The notes beneath the pieces were generated by a model. That model had not been told where the DNA came from. It did not search any database and saw only the letters and a list, made by a program, of their open reading frames with translations. Made by a program: the position numbers and the translations under genes. Positions 22,657 to 33,023 of a DNA stretch of 64,000 bases are shown here, one piece after another. Numbering within the stretch: position 1 is the first letter of the stretch; each line of letters starts with the position of its first letter. The stretch is from an uncultured delta proteobacterium (GTDB taxonomy: Bacteria; Myxococcota_A; Polyangia; Polyangiales; Polyangiaceae): the NCBI GenBank assembly GCA_963731595.1, contig CAVSWE010000003.1, positions 172,948 to 236,947 on the forward strand, in the 5' to 3' direction.

Positions 22657-24234
22657 GTGCGTTTTCGCCGTCGCTCGTTTCTCGGAGGTGCCGCGTCGGT
22701 CGCGGTCGAGGCGTGCGTGCCCCCGAGGCCGCCGGCGGCTCCGGCCCTTCGCGTCGAGGACGTGCTCGGCGCGGCGCTCGACGCGGCCAAGCGCGCGGGC
22801 GCGGCGTACGCCGACGCGCGGGTCGTCACGCGGCGCGACCAGCACGTCGGGACGCGCGAGGACCACGTCGTGGACGTTGGCGACGACGAGTCGTACGGCG
22901 TCGGCGTCCGCGTGCTCGTCGTCGCGCCCGCGCTCGGCGGCGGGGCGACGCAGTCGTGGGGGTTCGCGGCGTCGGCGCGCGTGGACGAGGCGAGCGCCGC
23001 GCTCGCGGCCGAGCGCGCCGTCGCGATCGCGCGGGCCGACGCCGGGCCGCGCAAGCGTCCGATCGTCCTCGCGCCGGTCGCGCGCTACCGCGACCGCTGG
23101 TCGACGCCGCTCGCGATCGATCCGTTCGACGTCTCGATCGCCGAGAAGGCCGCGCTTTTGCGGGACGCGTGGGCGGCGGCGCGCGCCGTGAAGGGTGTAA
23201 AGTACATGGACGGCGGCGCGCGCGCGCTCGCCGAGGAGAAGACGTTCGCGTCGACCGAGGGCTCGCTGATCGCGCAGCGCATCGTGCGCGTCGAGGCTGG
23301 CTACACGGTGACGGCGACCGACGACGCCGGCGACGCGGTGACACGCGCGCACGAGCTGCCGCCGAGGCAAGCGGGCTGGGAGCACGTGGCGCGCTCGACG
23401 CTCCGGGCGGACGCGCGAAAAATCGCCGAGGACGCGGTCGAGAAGCTTCGCGCCCCGCGCCTCGCGCCGGGCAAGCGCGATCTCGTGCTCGCGCCGAGCA
23501 ACCTCTGGCTCGTCATCCACGAGTCGATCGGGCACTCGACCGAGCTCGATCGCGCGCTCGGCTACGAGGCGAACTTCGCGGGGACGAGCTTCGCGACGCC
23601 CGACCAGATCGGCAAGCTCGAGATCGCGCGGGACACGCTCGACTTCGTCGCCGACAAGACCACGCCGGGCGGGCTCGCGACCTCGGGGTACGACGACGAC
23701 GGCGAAAAGACGCAGCGGTGGAAGCTCGTCGAGCGCGGCAAGCTCGCGGCGTTCCAAACGACGCGCGAGCAGGCGGCTTGGATCGGCGAGAAGCGCTCGC
23801 GCGGCTGCTCGTACGCCGAGGACTGGCGCTCGGTGCCGTTTCAGCGGATGCCGAACGTGTCGCTCGCGCCGGCCGAGCGCGACGTGTCGCTGGAAGACTT
23901 GATCGCGGGAGTCGACGACGGCGTGCTCGTGAGCGGCGACGGGTCGTGGTCGATCGATCACCAGCGCTACAATTTTCAGTTCGGTGGGCAGACGTTTCAT
24001 GCGATCCGCGGCGGCAAGCTCGCGGGCGCGCTGCGCGACGTGGCCTACCAGTCGAACACGATCGACTTCTGGCACGCGTGCGACGCGGTGGGCGGCGCGC
24101 GGCACGTCGAGCTCCACGGGACGATGGTCGACGGGAAAGGCGAGCCCGAGCAGTCGAACCCGGTGAGCCACGGCTGTCCGCCGGCGCGTTTCCGCGGGAT
24201 TCAGGTGCTGGACACGAGCGGGAAGAAGCCGTGA
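22657..24234 (+). CDS. tldD: TldD-family zinc metalloprotease with an N-terminal Tat-type signal.
   Basis: HESIGHSTELD zinc motif. 525 aa. N-terminus MRFRRRSFLGGAASVAV resembles a twin-arginine signal. Confidence 0.9.
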   Translation: MRFRRRSFLGGAASVAVEACVPPRPPAAPALRVEDVLGAALDAAKRAGAAYADARVVTRRDQHVGTREDHVVDVGDDESYGVGVRVLVVAPALGGGATQSWGFAASARVDEASAALAAERAVAIARADAGPRKRPIVLAPVARYRDRWSTPLAIDPFDVSIAEKAALLRDAWAAARAVKGVKYMDGGARALAEEKTFASTEGSLIAQRIVRVEAGYTVTATDDAGDAVTRAHELPPRQAGWEHVARSTLRADARKIAEDAVEKLRAPRLAPGKRDLVLAPSNLWLVIHESIGHSTELDRALGYEANFAGTSFATPDQIGKLEIARDTLDFVADKTTPGGLATSGYDDDGEKTQRWKLVERGKLAAFQTTREQAAWIGEKRSRGCSYAEDWRSVPFQRMPNVSLAPAERDVSLEDLIAGVDDGVLVSGDGSWSIDHQRYNFQFGGQTFHAIRGGKLAGALRDVAYQSNTIDFWHACDAVGGARHVELHGTMVDGKGEPEQSNPVSHGCPPARFRGIQVLDTSGKKP

Positions 24235-25566
24235 GCGCGAAGGGCTTCGCGATCGGCGACGAGCTGCTCGAGCTCGCGGCGCGCGCGGGCGCCGACGCGG
24301 TCGTGTCGGTGCGCGAGGTGCGCGAAGGAAACGTGCGCTTCGCGGCGGGCGAAATCACGACGGCCGGGGAGAGCGCGACGACCGAGATCTCGCTGTCGCT
24401 CGGGTTCGGGCAGCGTCACGCGAGCGCGTCGACCAATCGAGTCGATCGTGAGTCGCTGCGCGCGCTCTCGGACCGCACGGCGCGGATCGCCCGCGGCGCG
24501 CCGGAGGACCCCGAGCACCTGCCGCCGCTCGCGCCGCAGCGCTACCCGCGAAACCCGCGCGCCTGGGACGAAGCGACGAGCGCGCTCGATCCCGCGTGGC
24601 GCGCGGCGGCGGCGCGCGCGGCGATCGCGCGGGCGGAGGAGAAGTCGCTCGTCGCGTCGGGCTTCGTCCACGCTCGCGCCGTCGAGGCGACGCTCGCGAC
24701 GAGCACGGGGCTGCGCGCCGAGCACCGCGCGACGTGGGCGCGCATGACGACGACCGCGCGCACGCCCGACGGAAAAGGCTCGGGATGGGCCGGCGCCGAG
24801 GCGACGCGCGCCTGCGGAGATCGACGCCGGCGCGCTCGCGCGCGTCGCGGCCGATCGCGCCGAACGCTCGCGCGGAGCCACGAAGCTCGACCCGGGCCGC
24901 TACACGGTCGTGCTCGAGCCCGCCGCCGTCGCCGATCTCCTCTCCTTCTTGCTCGACGCGCTCGACGCGCGCGCCGCGGACCAAGGCCGCTCGTTCTTCT
25001 CCGGCGCGCACGGCAACCGCGTCGGCGAGACGCTCTTCGACCCGCGCGTCGTCCTTCGCTCGGACCCGCTCGACCCCGCGACGCCGGGTTGCCCGTGGGA
25101 CGGCGACGGCCTGCCGCTCGACCCTGTCACCTGGATCGACCGCGGCACTCTGACGAGCTTGTATTATGCACGTTACTGGGCGCGCAAAACCGGGCGAAAA
25201 CCGACGGGCGCGCACGCGACCTTCAGCCTCTCGTCGGCTACGCCCGGCGCGGCCACGCCCGCCGCGCTCACGCTCGGTGTCCACCGCGGCCTGCTCGTCA
25301 CGCGCTTCTGGTACACGCGCTGGCTCGACCCGAAGCAGCTCCTCGTGACCGGCCTCACGCGCGACGGCGTCTTTCTCATCGAGGACGGGCGCGTCGGTCG
25401 CCCGGTGAACAACTTCCGCTTCAACGACTCTCCCGCGAAGATGCTCGCGCGCCTCGTGGGCATGAGCGCGCAGACGTTCCGCGCGCCGGTCGGCGGCTCG
25501 ATCGTGCGCGTGCCTGTCGTCGCCTGCGACGACTTCGAGATGGCCAGCGTGAGCGACGCGGTCTGA
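24231..25566 (+). CDS. PmbA/TldE-family protein (TldD partner), with an apparent +1 frame shift near 24810.
   Basis: The GTG start overlaps the tldD stop. N-terminal PmbA-like region in frame 0 and C-terminal region (GRYTVVLEPAAVADLL...FWYTRW...) in frame 1. The switch sits at a CGCGCGCC tract. Confidence 0.75.
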
Positions 25567-25589
25567 CGACCTGCGGTATTCTGGACCTC

Positions 25590-26510
25590 ATGCGACACAC
25601 GGCGATCTTCGCGCTCGCTTGCGCCGCGGCGTGCGCGTCGGGCCGCTCCGAGCACGCGCCGCCGACCGTCGCGATGCTCGTCCCCGCGGGACACACGCGC
25701 TTCGTCGTCGGAGGCGACTCTCGTCAAGACGCGGCGCACGTCCTCCCGTGGGCGTTTCGCGAGGCCAAGGCGCGCGGCGCGAGCGCCTTTCTCTTCCTCG
25801 GCGACATGGAGCTCACGCCGTCGTTCGACGCGCACTTCCGCTCGGAGCTCGGCGAGCTCGGCGGCGTCCCGTTTTATCCGGTGCTCGGCAACCACGAGGT
25901 CCAGCTCTTCGGGTTCTTCGATCTCGGTCACGACGCCGCGGAGCGCAGCTTTCGAGCGCACTTCCTCGGAAACGAGCAGACCCCCATCGAGAGCTCGCTG
26001 CCCGGCAAGATCGTCTACTCGGTGAACCTGCCCGGCCACGTCCACTTCGTCGCGCTCGACAACGTCAGCCAGAAGGGCTTCGGAAAAGACCAGCTCGCCT
26101 GGCTCGCGGCGGATCTCGACCGAGCGCGCAGCGACCCGAACGTTCGCCACGTCTTCGTCGGCATGCACAAGCCTCTCGCGCACAACGGCTACACCACGCA
26201 CGGCATGGAAGAAGACGGCGACGCCGCCGCCGCCGAATCCGACGCGGCGCTCCAGCTCTTCGAGCACGCGCGCGTCGAGCTCATCCTCGCGAGCCACCTC
26301 CACGCGTTCGCTCGCTTCTACCAAGCCGGCATCCGCAGCTACATCACGGGCGGCCTCGGCGCGCCGCTCGTGAAATCCGCGGGCGACCGCGCGTTCCACC
26401 ACTTCCTCGTCGTCGACGTCGCCGGCGACGCGGTCACGGTCGACGTCGTCCCCTTCGACGGGAAACCGGCCCTTGCCTCCGACGACGTCGCCGACGATCC
26501 CGGCGACTGA
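25590..26510 (+). CDS. Exported calcineurin-like metallophosphoesterase (lipoprotein).
   Basis: MRHTAIFALACAAACASG signal/lipobox. Metallophosphatase motifs GDSRQD, FLGDME and GNHE. Confidence 0.75.
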   Translation: MRHTAIFALACAAACASGRSEHAPPTVAMLVPAGHTRFVVGGDSRQDAAHVLPWAFREAKARGASAFLFLGDMELTPSFDAHFRSELGELGGVPFYPVLGNHEVQLFGFFDLGHDAAERSFRAHFLGNEQTPIESSLPGKIVYSVNLPGHVHFVALDNVSQKGFGKDQLAWLAADLDRARSDPNVRHVFVGMHKPLAHNGYTTHGMEEDGDAAAAESDAALQLFEHARVELILASHLHAFARFYQAGIRSYITGGLGAPLVKSAGDRAFHHFLVVDVAGDAVTVDVVPFDGKPALASDDVADDPGD

Positions 26511-26514
26511 AGCC

Positions 26515-27315
26515 TCACTTCGCGCAGCGGACGCCGACGATGACGGTTCGGTCCGTCGTGAGGTTGCCGTTGCGGGTGGCGGCGGTCGTCGTCTTGTCGG
26601 TGTACCAGCCGCCGCCGCGGTACATCCGGTAGCGGCTGCCGCACGTGTGCGACGGGTAATAACAGTAAGGACTCGAGGTCCACTCGTAGACGTTGCCGGC
26701 CATGTCGAGGACGCCGAACGGCGAGGCGCCGTACGGAAACGAGCCGACCGGCGCGGTCTCTTCGTAGCCGTCGCTGCCGTGGTAGAGCGCGGTCTTCGTC
26801 TCGTGGTGCTTGCGCGTCGCGTACGACGCGCACTCGTCGCCGCACTCGTTGAGCAGGTGCCGGTTCGGCGGCTGGTTTCCCCACGGGTATTTGCGACCGT
26901 CGGTGCCGCGCGCCGCGTACTCCCACTCGACCTCGGTCGGCAGGCGCGCGCCGATCGACGCGCAGTAGGCGGTCGCCTGGTTCCAGTCGACGCAGTTGAT
27001 CGGGTGCTGCGCGCGGCCCGCGATCGTCGCGTTGCACATCGCGTCGGTGCCCGCGGGCGTGCACTTGCCGCCCGCGACGCAGCCTTGGTAGTCCGCGACG
27101 GTGACCTCGAGCCGCTGCATGCAGAATCCGGCGACGGTCATCGAGTGCTGCGGGTGCTCGTCGGACGCGCCTTCGGTGTCGGGCGAGCCCATCATGAAGG
27201 TGCCCGACGGGATGCGCACGAACCCCGTGGGGCACGGCAAATCGGCGCGCGTCGTCGAAGTGACCGCCGCGACCCCGGCGACGACGAACCCGACCGCGAA
27301 AATGCGCGCACGCAC
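26515..27315 (-). CDS. Formylglycine-generating-enzyme (FGE/SUMF1)-family protein.
   Basis: Signal peptide; MGSPDTEGASDEHPQHSMTVAGFCMQ...RLPTEVEWEYAARG...GNVYEWT motifs of the FGE-sulfatase domain. Confidence 0.85.
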   Translation of the reverse strand: MRARIFAVGFVVAGVAAVTSTTRADLPCPTGFVRIPSGTFMMGSPDTEGASDEHPQHSMTVAGFCMQRLEVTVADYQGCVAGGKCTPAGTDAMCNATIAGRAQHPINCVDWNQATAYCASIGARLPTEVEWEYAARGTDGRKYPWGNQPPNRHLLNECGDECASYATRKHHETKTALYHGSDGYEETAPVGSFPYGASPFGVLDMAGNVYEWTSSPYCYYPSHTCGSRYRMYRGGGWYTDKTTTAATRNGNLTTDRTVIVGVRCAK

Positions 27316-27372
27316 GAGCTGACGCTACCACGAATCGGGCCGAACGCAGCCCGTCGCGCGCCGCCCGCTCGA

Positions 27373-29415
27373 TCAGAGATTCACGCCGTAGATCGTCGCG
27401 TCCGCCTGGTGCAGCTCGACGAGGTGATCCGCCGGGACGTTCTTCCACGTGTCGACGGCGTGCGCGGCGTTCGCCCAGCGGACCTGGATCTCGTCGACGG
27501 CGCCGCACGCGCCGAGCCCGAAGAAGAGGACGCCGGGATCGTCGCTCTCGGAGCCGATGCCGTGCGCGCCGAGCATCTGCTGCGTCTGCGTGACGCCGTT
27601 CACGGTGACCGTCACGGTCGCGCCGAGCCCCATGCGGTTCGACGTGCCGTCCTCGGCGACGAGGCGAAGCTCGAGCCATCGACCGTGCGTCGAGGCGTCG
27701 TTGGTGAAGACGTGGACCTCGTTCGTCTTGTAGCCGGCGAAGCCCGGGTCCTTCCCCGGGAGCGCCGCCCAGCCCGTCGCGCAGTCGCGGAACAGACTGC
27801 CGCGCACGACGACGTCGAGATCGCCGTCGCAATCGAAATCGGCGACCGCGAGCCCGTCCATGCACGGAAAGCTCATGCCCCAGGCCTGCGCGAGATCTTG
27901 GAACGTGCCGTCGGTTTGCTGGATGAAGAGATGACCGTACTGGTACGCGTAGTCGCTGCCGCCGAGCAGGACGTCGGTGCGCCCGTCGTTGTCCATGTCG
28001 GCGAGCGTCGCCTGCTGGATGCCCTCGTTCCAGCCGAGCGGGTCGAGGTGCGGGAAGGCGATGCCGTCCTTGGCGGGGTCGACGCGCTCGAAATGGATCG
28101 CGCCGCCGGGCTGCGTCTGGTTGAGGAGCAGCTGCGGCGGGTCGGTCGCGTTCCCCGCCCACCAGTGACGGATCGTTCCCTGGAAGAGGTCCGGCTTGCC
28201 GTCGCCGTCGACGTCGCCGCACGCCGCCGAGAAATTGTTCCCGTTCGCCATCGCCGGCGAGTCGCTCACGCCCACTTGCCAGTTCGCCTCGACGGGTTGC
28301 GGGCACTGGATCTTCGGCGTCGCCGCGCCCGCGCAGTACGCGTCGCTCGCGTGCGCGGTGCAGTAACAGAGGTAGTACTGGTTGTCGTGGTAGTCGACGA
28401 CGGCGTCGCCGTCGTAGCCGCCCGGCTGCAGCGTGCGCGTGAAATTGCCGGCGCCGTCGTTGTGCCAGAGCACGTTCGACATTCCGCCGTACGAGCTCAC
28501 GAGGAGCTCCGGGTAGCCGTCGCCGTCGACGTCGCACGCGACCGTGCCGAACGACGGGCGTGAGCTCGTGCCGGCGAGGATGCTCTTCGTCGAGCCGGTG
28601 TTGTCCATCTGCAAGCCCGCGGCCTGCGTGATCGCGCTGAAGGTGCCGTCGCCGTTTCCGCGATAGAGCTGCGCCTGCGAGCCGATCGGGCTCGTCTTCG
28701 TGTTTTTGTACCAATACGTGAGGAGCAGATCGAGCGCGCCGTCGTCGTCCACGTCGGTGAAGACCGCCTGCGTGTCCGACGACTCCAGGTTCGCGCTCGG
28801 GTCCGACTGCGGCGCGAACCCGAAGTGGCCGTGGCCGTCGTTGAGCATGATCTCGTTCCGATCGGCGTTGAACGGCGAGGTCGTGTCGGCGTTGTTCGGG
28901 TCGTAATCGACGCCGCTGAAGACGTCGAGGTTGCCGTCGTTGTCGACGTCGGCGATCGAGACGAGCTGCGCCATGCGGTACTCGGTCGTCGAGCCGTCGC
29001 GCGTCTGGAAGAGGCCGCTCTCGGCGGTCGCGTCGACGAACGTGCGTCCGCCGCCGGGCGCGGGGCGGTTCATCAAGACGAGCACGTCGGGCGTCGCCGA
29101 GCCGACCGTGCCGCGTCTGTCCTGCGCGCCGGAGAGCATCACGAAATCCGGGTAGCCGTCGTGATCGAGGTCGGCCGCGTAGAAGCCGCCCATCGCGACG
29201 TTCGACAAGCCCATGGCGGCGGTCGAGTCGGTGAAGTGCGCCGGCTGCTCGGCGTGGACGTCGCATGCGCCCGCGGTCGCCGGGGCGAGCACCGTGAGCT
29301 TGTAGTTGCCCTCGTCGACGAGCGTGCCGGGCGCCGGCCCCGACGGCGGCGTCGGCGCGCTCGAACAGGCGAAGAGAAGGCAGAGCGCGAGCGCCGACGC
29401 GGCGGTCTTGAGCAT
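27373..29415 (-). CDS. CRTAC1-like lipoprotein (FG-GAP/VCBS repeats plus a C-terminal ASPIC/UnbV domain).
   Basis: MLKTAASALALCLLFACSS lipobox. Repeated DVDxDGxxD FG-GAP-like loops. C-terminal ...RWLELRLVAEDGTSNRMGLGATVTVTVNGVTQTQ... ASPIC/UnbV-like. Confidence 0.8.
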   Translation of the reverse strand: MLKTAASALALCLLFACSSAPTPPSGPAPGTLVDEGNYKLTVLAPATAGACDVHAEQPAHFTDSTAAMGLSNVAMGGFYAADLDHDGYPDFVMLSGAQDRRGTVGSATPDVLVLMNRPAPGGGRTFVDATAESGLFQTRDGSTTEYRMAQLVSIADVDNDGNLDVFSGVDYDPNNADTTSPFNADRNEIMLNDGHGHFGFAPQSDPSANLESSDTQAVFTDVDDDGALDLLLTYWYKNTKTSPIGSQAQLYRGNGDGTFSAITQAAGLQMDNTGSTKSILAGTSSRPSFGTVACDVDGDGYPELLVSSYGGMSNVLWHNDGAGNFTRTLQPGGYDGDAVVDYHDNQYYLCYCTAHASDAYCAGAATPKIQCPQPVEANWQVGVSDSPAMANGNNFSAACGDVDGDGKPDLFQGTIRHWWAGNATDPPQLLLNQTQPGGAIHFERVDPAKDGIAFPHLDPLGWNEGIQQATLADMDNDGRTDVLLGGSDYAYQYGHLFIQQTDGTFQDLAQAWGMSFPCMDGLAVADFDCDGDLDVVVRGSLFRDCATGWAALPGKDPGFAGYKTNEVHVFTNDASTHGRWLELRLVAEDGTSNRMGLGATVTVTVNGVTQTQQMLGAHGIGSESDDPGVLFFGLGACGAVDEIQVRWANAAHAVDTWKNVPADHLVELHQADATIYGVNL

Positions 29416-29449
29416 GACTCAGCGTAGCCTCGAGCCGCGCGCGCGGACG

Positions 29450-32286
29450 TTACTTCGGGTTACTTGCAGCGCACACCAGCGTGAACGGCTCGCCGCCGAG
29501 CGAGTACGCGGCGGGCCCCAGAACGATGCGCTCGGGGCGTTGTGGATCGTCCTCGACGAGAGCCCGGAGCCGATGGAGCGTCACGCGGATTCGGTTCCCG
29601 TCGTGGAGCGGGTGAAACGCGCGACGCTGCCAGACCTCGCGCGCGAGCTCCTCGAACGTGGCGACGCCGTCGTGGCGCGCGAGCACCTCGAGCACGCGCG
29701 CGAGGAGCGCGTGCCGCGCGAACGAGACGCGCCGCCCGTCCGGGAGCCACGCCGTTCCCCGTCGCAGATCGAGACCCCAACCGCGCCGGTGCGGCGCTCC
29801 AGCGCGCACGCGCACGAGGTCGATCGACGCGCGCGCGCGGGCGGCCGCGAGGACGCGCTCGTCGGCGGCGTCGAGCGAGGCGGAGTCGTTCGCGAGCAGC
29901 GCGCGCGCGCGGCGCGAGGCCTGTGGCGCGACGTCTTCCGAGACGGCGAGCTCCTCGAGCGTCGCCGCGTCGATCGGCGGCTCGTCGACGAGCGCGACCA
30001 GCGCGCGCGCCTCGGATTCGAAGCGCGCCGAGGTCATCGTCGACGCTTTGCGTGCGACGTTTCGCGCCTCGACGAGCGCGCGCCGCGGCTCGCCGCCGAC
30101 GAGCAGCGCCTCCGCCAGGAGAAGTCGCGCCTCGCACTCGCGGACGCCCCAGCCGTGCGTCGCGGCGACGTCGACCGCGGCGCGCGCGTCCTCGATCGCG
30201 TCGCGTCCGGCCACGAGCGCGTCGGTCGCGAGCACGAGCGAGCGCACGATGCGTCCCTCGACGTCGAGCGGGTCGGGCAAGTCGTGCGGCTCTCCCCAGC
30301 GCGCGCGCCGGAGCGCCCGGCGAAGGGCGAGCAGGCTGCGCGCGACCGAACCGACCGGCGACCCGTCGAGCTCGAGCGGGAGCTCCTCGCGCGACGCGCG
30401 CAGGATCGCGAGCCGCTCGCGCGTGTCGAGGCACCAGCCGTGAACGAGCGGATTTTCGGCGCGCGTCGTCGCGAGCAGGTCCTCGAGCGCGCGCGGCACG
30501 TCGGCGAGCGCGCCCGCCGCGATGCGTCGCTCGAGGTCGAGGAGCCGCGCGATGATCGCGTACGTGCCGCCCGACGGCGAGCCGCGCAGCAGGCGCCCGA
30601 GCGTCTGCTCCGCTTCGTCGAGCTTCCCCCGCGCGATGGAGAGGTTCGCGATGCCGTCGAGCTGCACGTACGACGCGTGGAGCTGATCGTTGGTGTCGAG
30701 CGTCGCGCGTCCGGCGGTGAGCTCGTCGTGCGCGCGCTCGAGGTGCCGCACTCCATGAACGCGGCCATGCGGTAGTAGCGCACGAAAAAATCGAGCGGTC
30801 CGCCGAGGATCTCGTCGGCGAGCGCGGCCTTCTGCGGCGCCCCGCGCGCCAGGGCCGAGCGCTCGAGCGTTCGGATCGCCTCGTCGACGCGCCCGACCTC
30901 GGCGAGCCAGAAAGAGCGCAGCGCGGCGACGATCGCGCGCGTCGCGGGCTCCGCCGGCGCGGCGTCGTCGAGGAGCTCGAGCCCGCGCTCGGGGCCCGCG
31001 TGGACGCGCGAGGCCATCGCGCGCTCGAGCGCGGCCCAGAACGCGATGGTCTCGTCGCCGCTCCGCTTCGCGGTCTCCCAGAGCGACTCGGCCGCGGCGG
31101 CGGCCTCGGGCAGCTTCGACTCGACGTAGAGCGCGCGAACCCAGAGCAGCCGATCGCGGAGCGCGCCCGGGGGCGGCTCGTCGAGCAGGGCCGTGACCTT
31201 CACGCCGGCGAGCTGCATCGCCGCGCGCAGCTTGAACGCGCTCCACGCGTCGCCCTCGCGGCTCGCGAGGAGCTTCCACAGCGCCGCGGCGTGGCCCGCG
31301 GCGAGCATCGCGTCGAACGAGCGCTCGCACACGGCGAGGGCGCGCGCTTCGTCGCCGCCCTTCAGCGCGAGCCGCAGCGCCTCGAGCGCGTCGGCGTCGC
31401 CGCCCGACGCGAGCGCCGCGATCGTGCGCGTGCTCTCCCGCTCGCCGCCGACGAGCGCCGAGACGGCCGTCCGCGCTTCCTCGTGCAGCCGGTAGCCACC
31501 CGCGACTGCCTCGACGAGCCCGCGACGAACGAGGTCGTCGACCGCGTCTCCGGGGTCGGCGCCGATCGCGCCCGCGAGCGCGCCGGTCGAGATGGGCCGC
31601 TCGACGACCGAGAGCGTCGCGAGCAGCGACTTGCCGGCGTCGCCGACGCGCGCGCTGCTCCGCTCGCTCGCGAGCATTCGCGCCTTCCACGGCGAGCCTG
31701 CCGCCTCGCGCGCGATGCGCGCCGCGTCCGACGCGGGGATCTTCGGGTCGACGATGCGCGCGAGCTTGGCGAGGTGTCTCTCGCCGAGCGGCACGAGTCG
31801 AACGATCTGCCCGGCGAGCTCCGGCGCGTCGGGCTCCACGCGGCTCGTCGCGAGCCAAACCGCGCGCCGCGCGTAGCGCGCGACGGCGGCGAGCACGGGG
31901 GTCGCTTCGGCGAGCGCGTGATGCACGTCGTCGAGCAAGACGAGCGCGCGCCGCGCCTCGGCGAGATCGATCGCGACGAGGCCGAGGTCCGCGTCGGCGC
32001 GCGGCTCGGCGTGCCCCAGCGCGCGGACCACGTCGGCGAGCGCCTGCCGAAACGGCTCGCCGGCGCGCGCGCTCACCATGACCGCGGGTCCCGCGCGCTC
32101 CGCGAAGAGCTCGCGCACCGCGGCCGACGCGAGCGCAGTCTTGCCGAGCCCGCCCGGGCCCGCGAGCACGACCACCGGCCCGCGCGCGTGCGCCCGCGCG
32201 ATCGCGCGCAGCTCGTCGCGCCGCCCGACGAAGGTCGCAGGCGCGTTCGGCACACGCCAGGCGAGCGGCACCGTGGCTCTCCGCAT
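29450..32286 (-). CDS. Large transcriptional regulator (AAA+/NB-ARC-like ATPase, TPR-like helical region, C-terminal OmpR/PhoB-type winged helix), with an apparent frame shift near 30745.
   Basis: Walker A VVVLAGPGGLGKTA near the N-terminus (track ORF 30034..32286). C-terminal ATFEELAREVWQRRAFHPLHDGNRIRVTLHRLRALVEDDPQRPERIV (trans_reg_C-like) in track ORF 29450..32617. The two frames join at about 30745. Confidence 0.7.
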
Positions 32287-32336
32287 GTAACTCAGTGTAA
32301 CGACCTCGGCCGGCCTCTGCGCGATATGTACGCAGC

Positions 32337-32789
32337 GTGGCCTTCCGCAGCTTCGAGCACTGGACGAGCCCCGAGCCGCGCAGCCGGGCGCGGCGCGTCG
32401 TCGTGCGCCTGCGGTGCATCGGCCCGCTCGACCCGTCGGACATCGAGGAGATCCGCGCGATGCAGCACCTCCGTGAGCTCGTGCTCGAGGGCGTCGAAGC
32501 GCTCCCGGAGGCCCTCTGCGATCTCCCGGACCTGCGAGCGCTCACGCTCAACAAGCGCGGAGAGGACGGCCTCGCGCGCGTTCCCGACGCGGTGCGTGGG
32601 CTCGTGTCGCTGCGCACGCTGCGCCTCCGCGCGCGCCGCGCGACGTCGCTCCCCGACGCGCTCCTCGAGCTCGTCGAGTTGGTCGAGCTCGACCTCCGTC
32701 ACAGCGGAGTCCGTCGCTTGCCGGAGCGCATCTTGGAGCTCCCGAAGCTGCGGCGGATTGCGCTGGGATGTCGAGCCGAACCGCTCTGA
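32337..32789 (+). CDS. Small leucine-rich-repeat (LRR) protein.
   Basis: LxxLxLxxN/CxL repeats (LRELVLEGVEALPEALCDLPDLRALTLNK...LVSLRTLRLR...LVELVELDLRHSGVRRLPERILELPKLRRIAL). Confidence 0.6.
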   Translation: MAFRSFEHWTSPEPRSRARRVVVRLRCIGPLDPSDIEEIRAMQHLRELVLEGVEALPEALCDLPDLRALTLNKRGEDGLARVPDAVRGLVSLRTLRLRARRATSLPDALLELVELVELDLRHSGVRRLPERILELPKLRRIALGCRAEPL

Positions 32790-33023
32790 CGCTTGGGGGC
32801 GATCAGGTCGCTTGGGAAACGGCTCGGTCGGGACGAACGTCGCGCGCGCATGGCCGAGCCGCCGCGCGCGCGGAAACGGCGAGAACCGGCGCCTCCGGCG
32901 AATTCGACGTGTACGGCGTACGCACCTCCCGCCAGCCCTCCCGCGGCGGACTCGGCGTCGAGTCGTCGAGCTCGATGCGGATCGTGAGGGGTAGCCCGAT
33001 ACGAGCGGTGTACTTGTGGTGGG

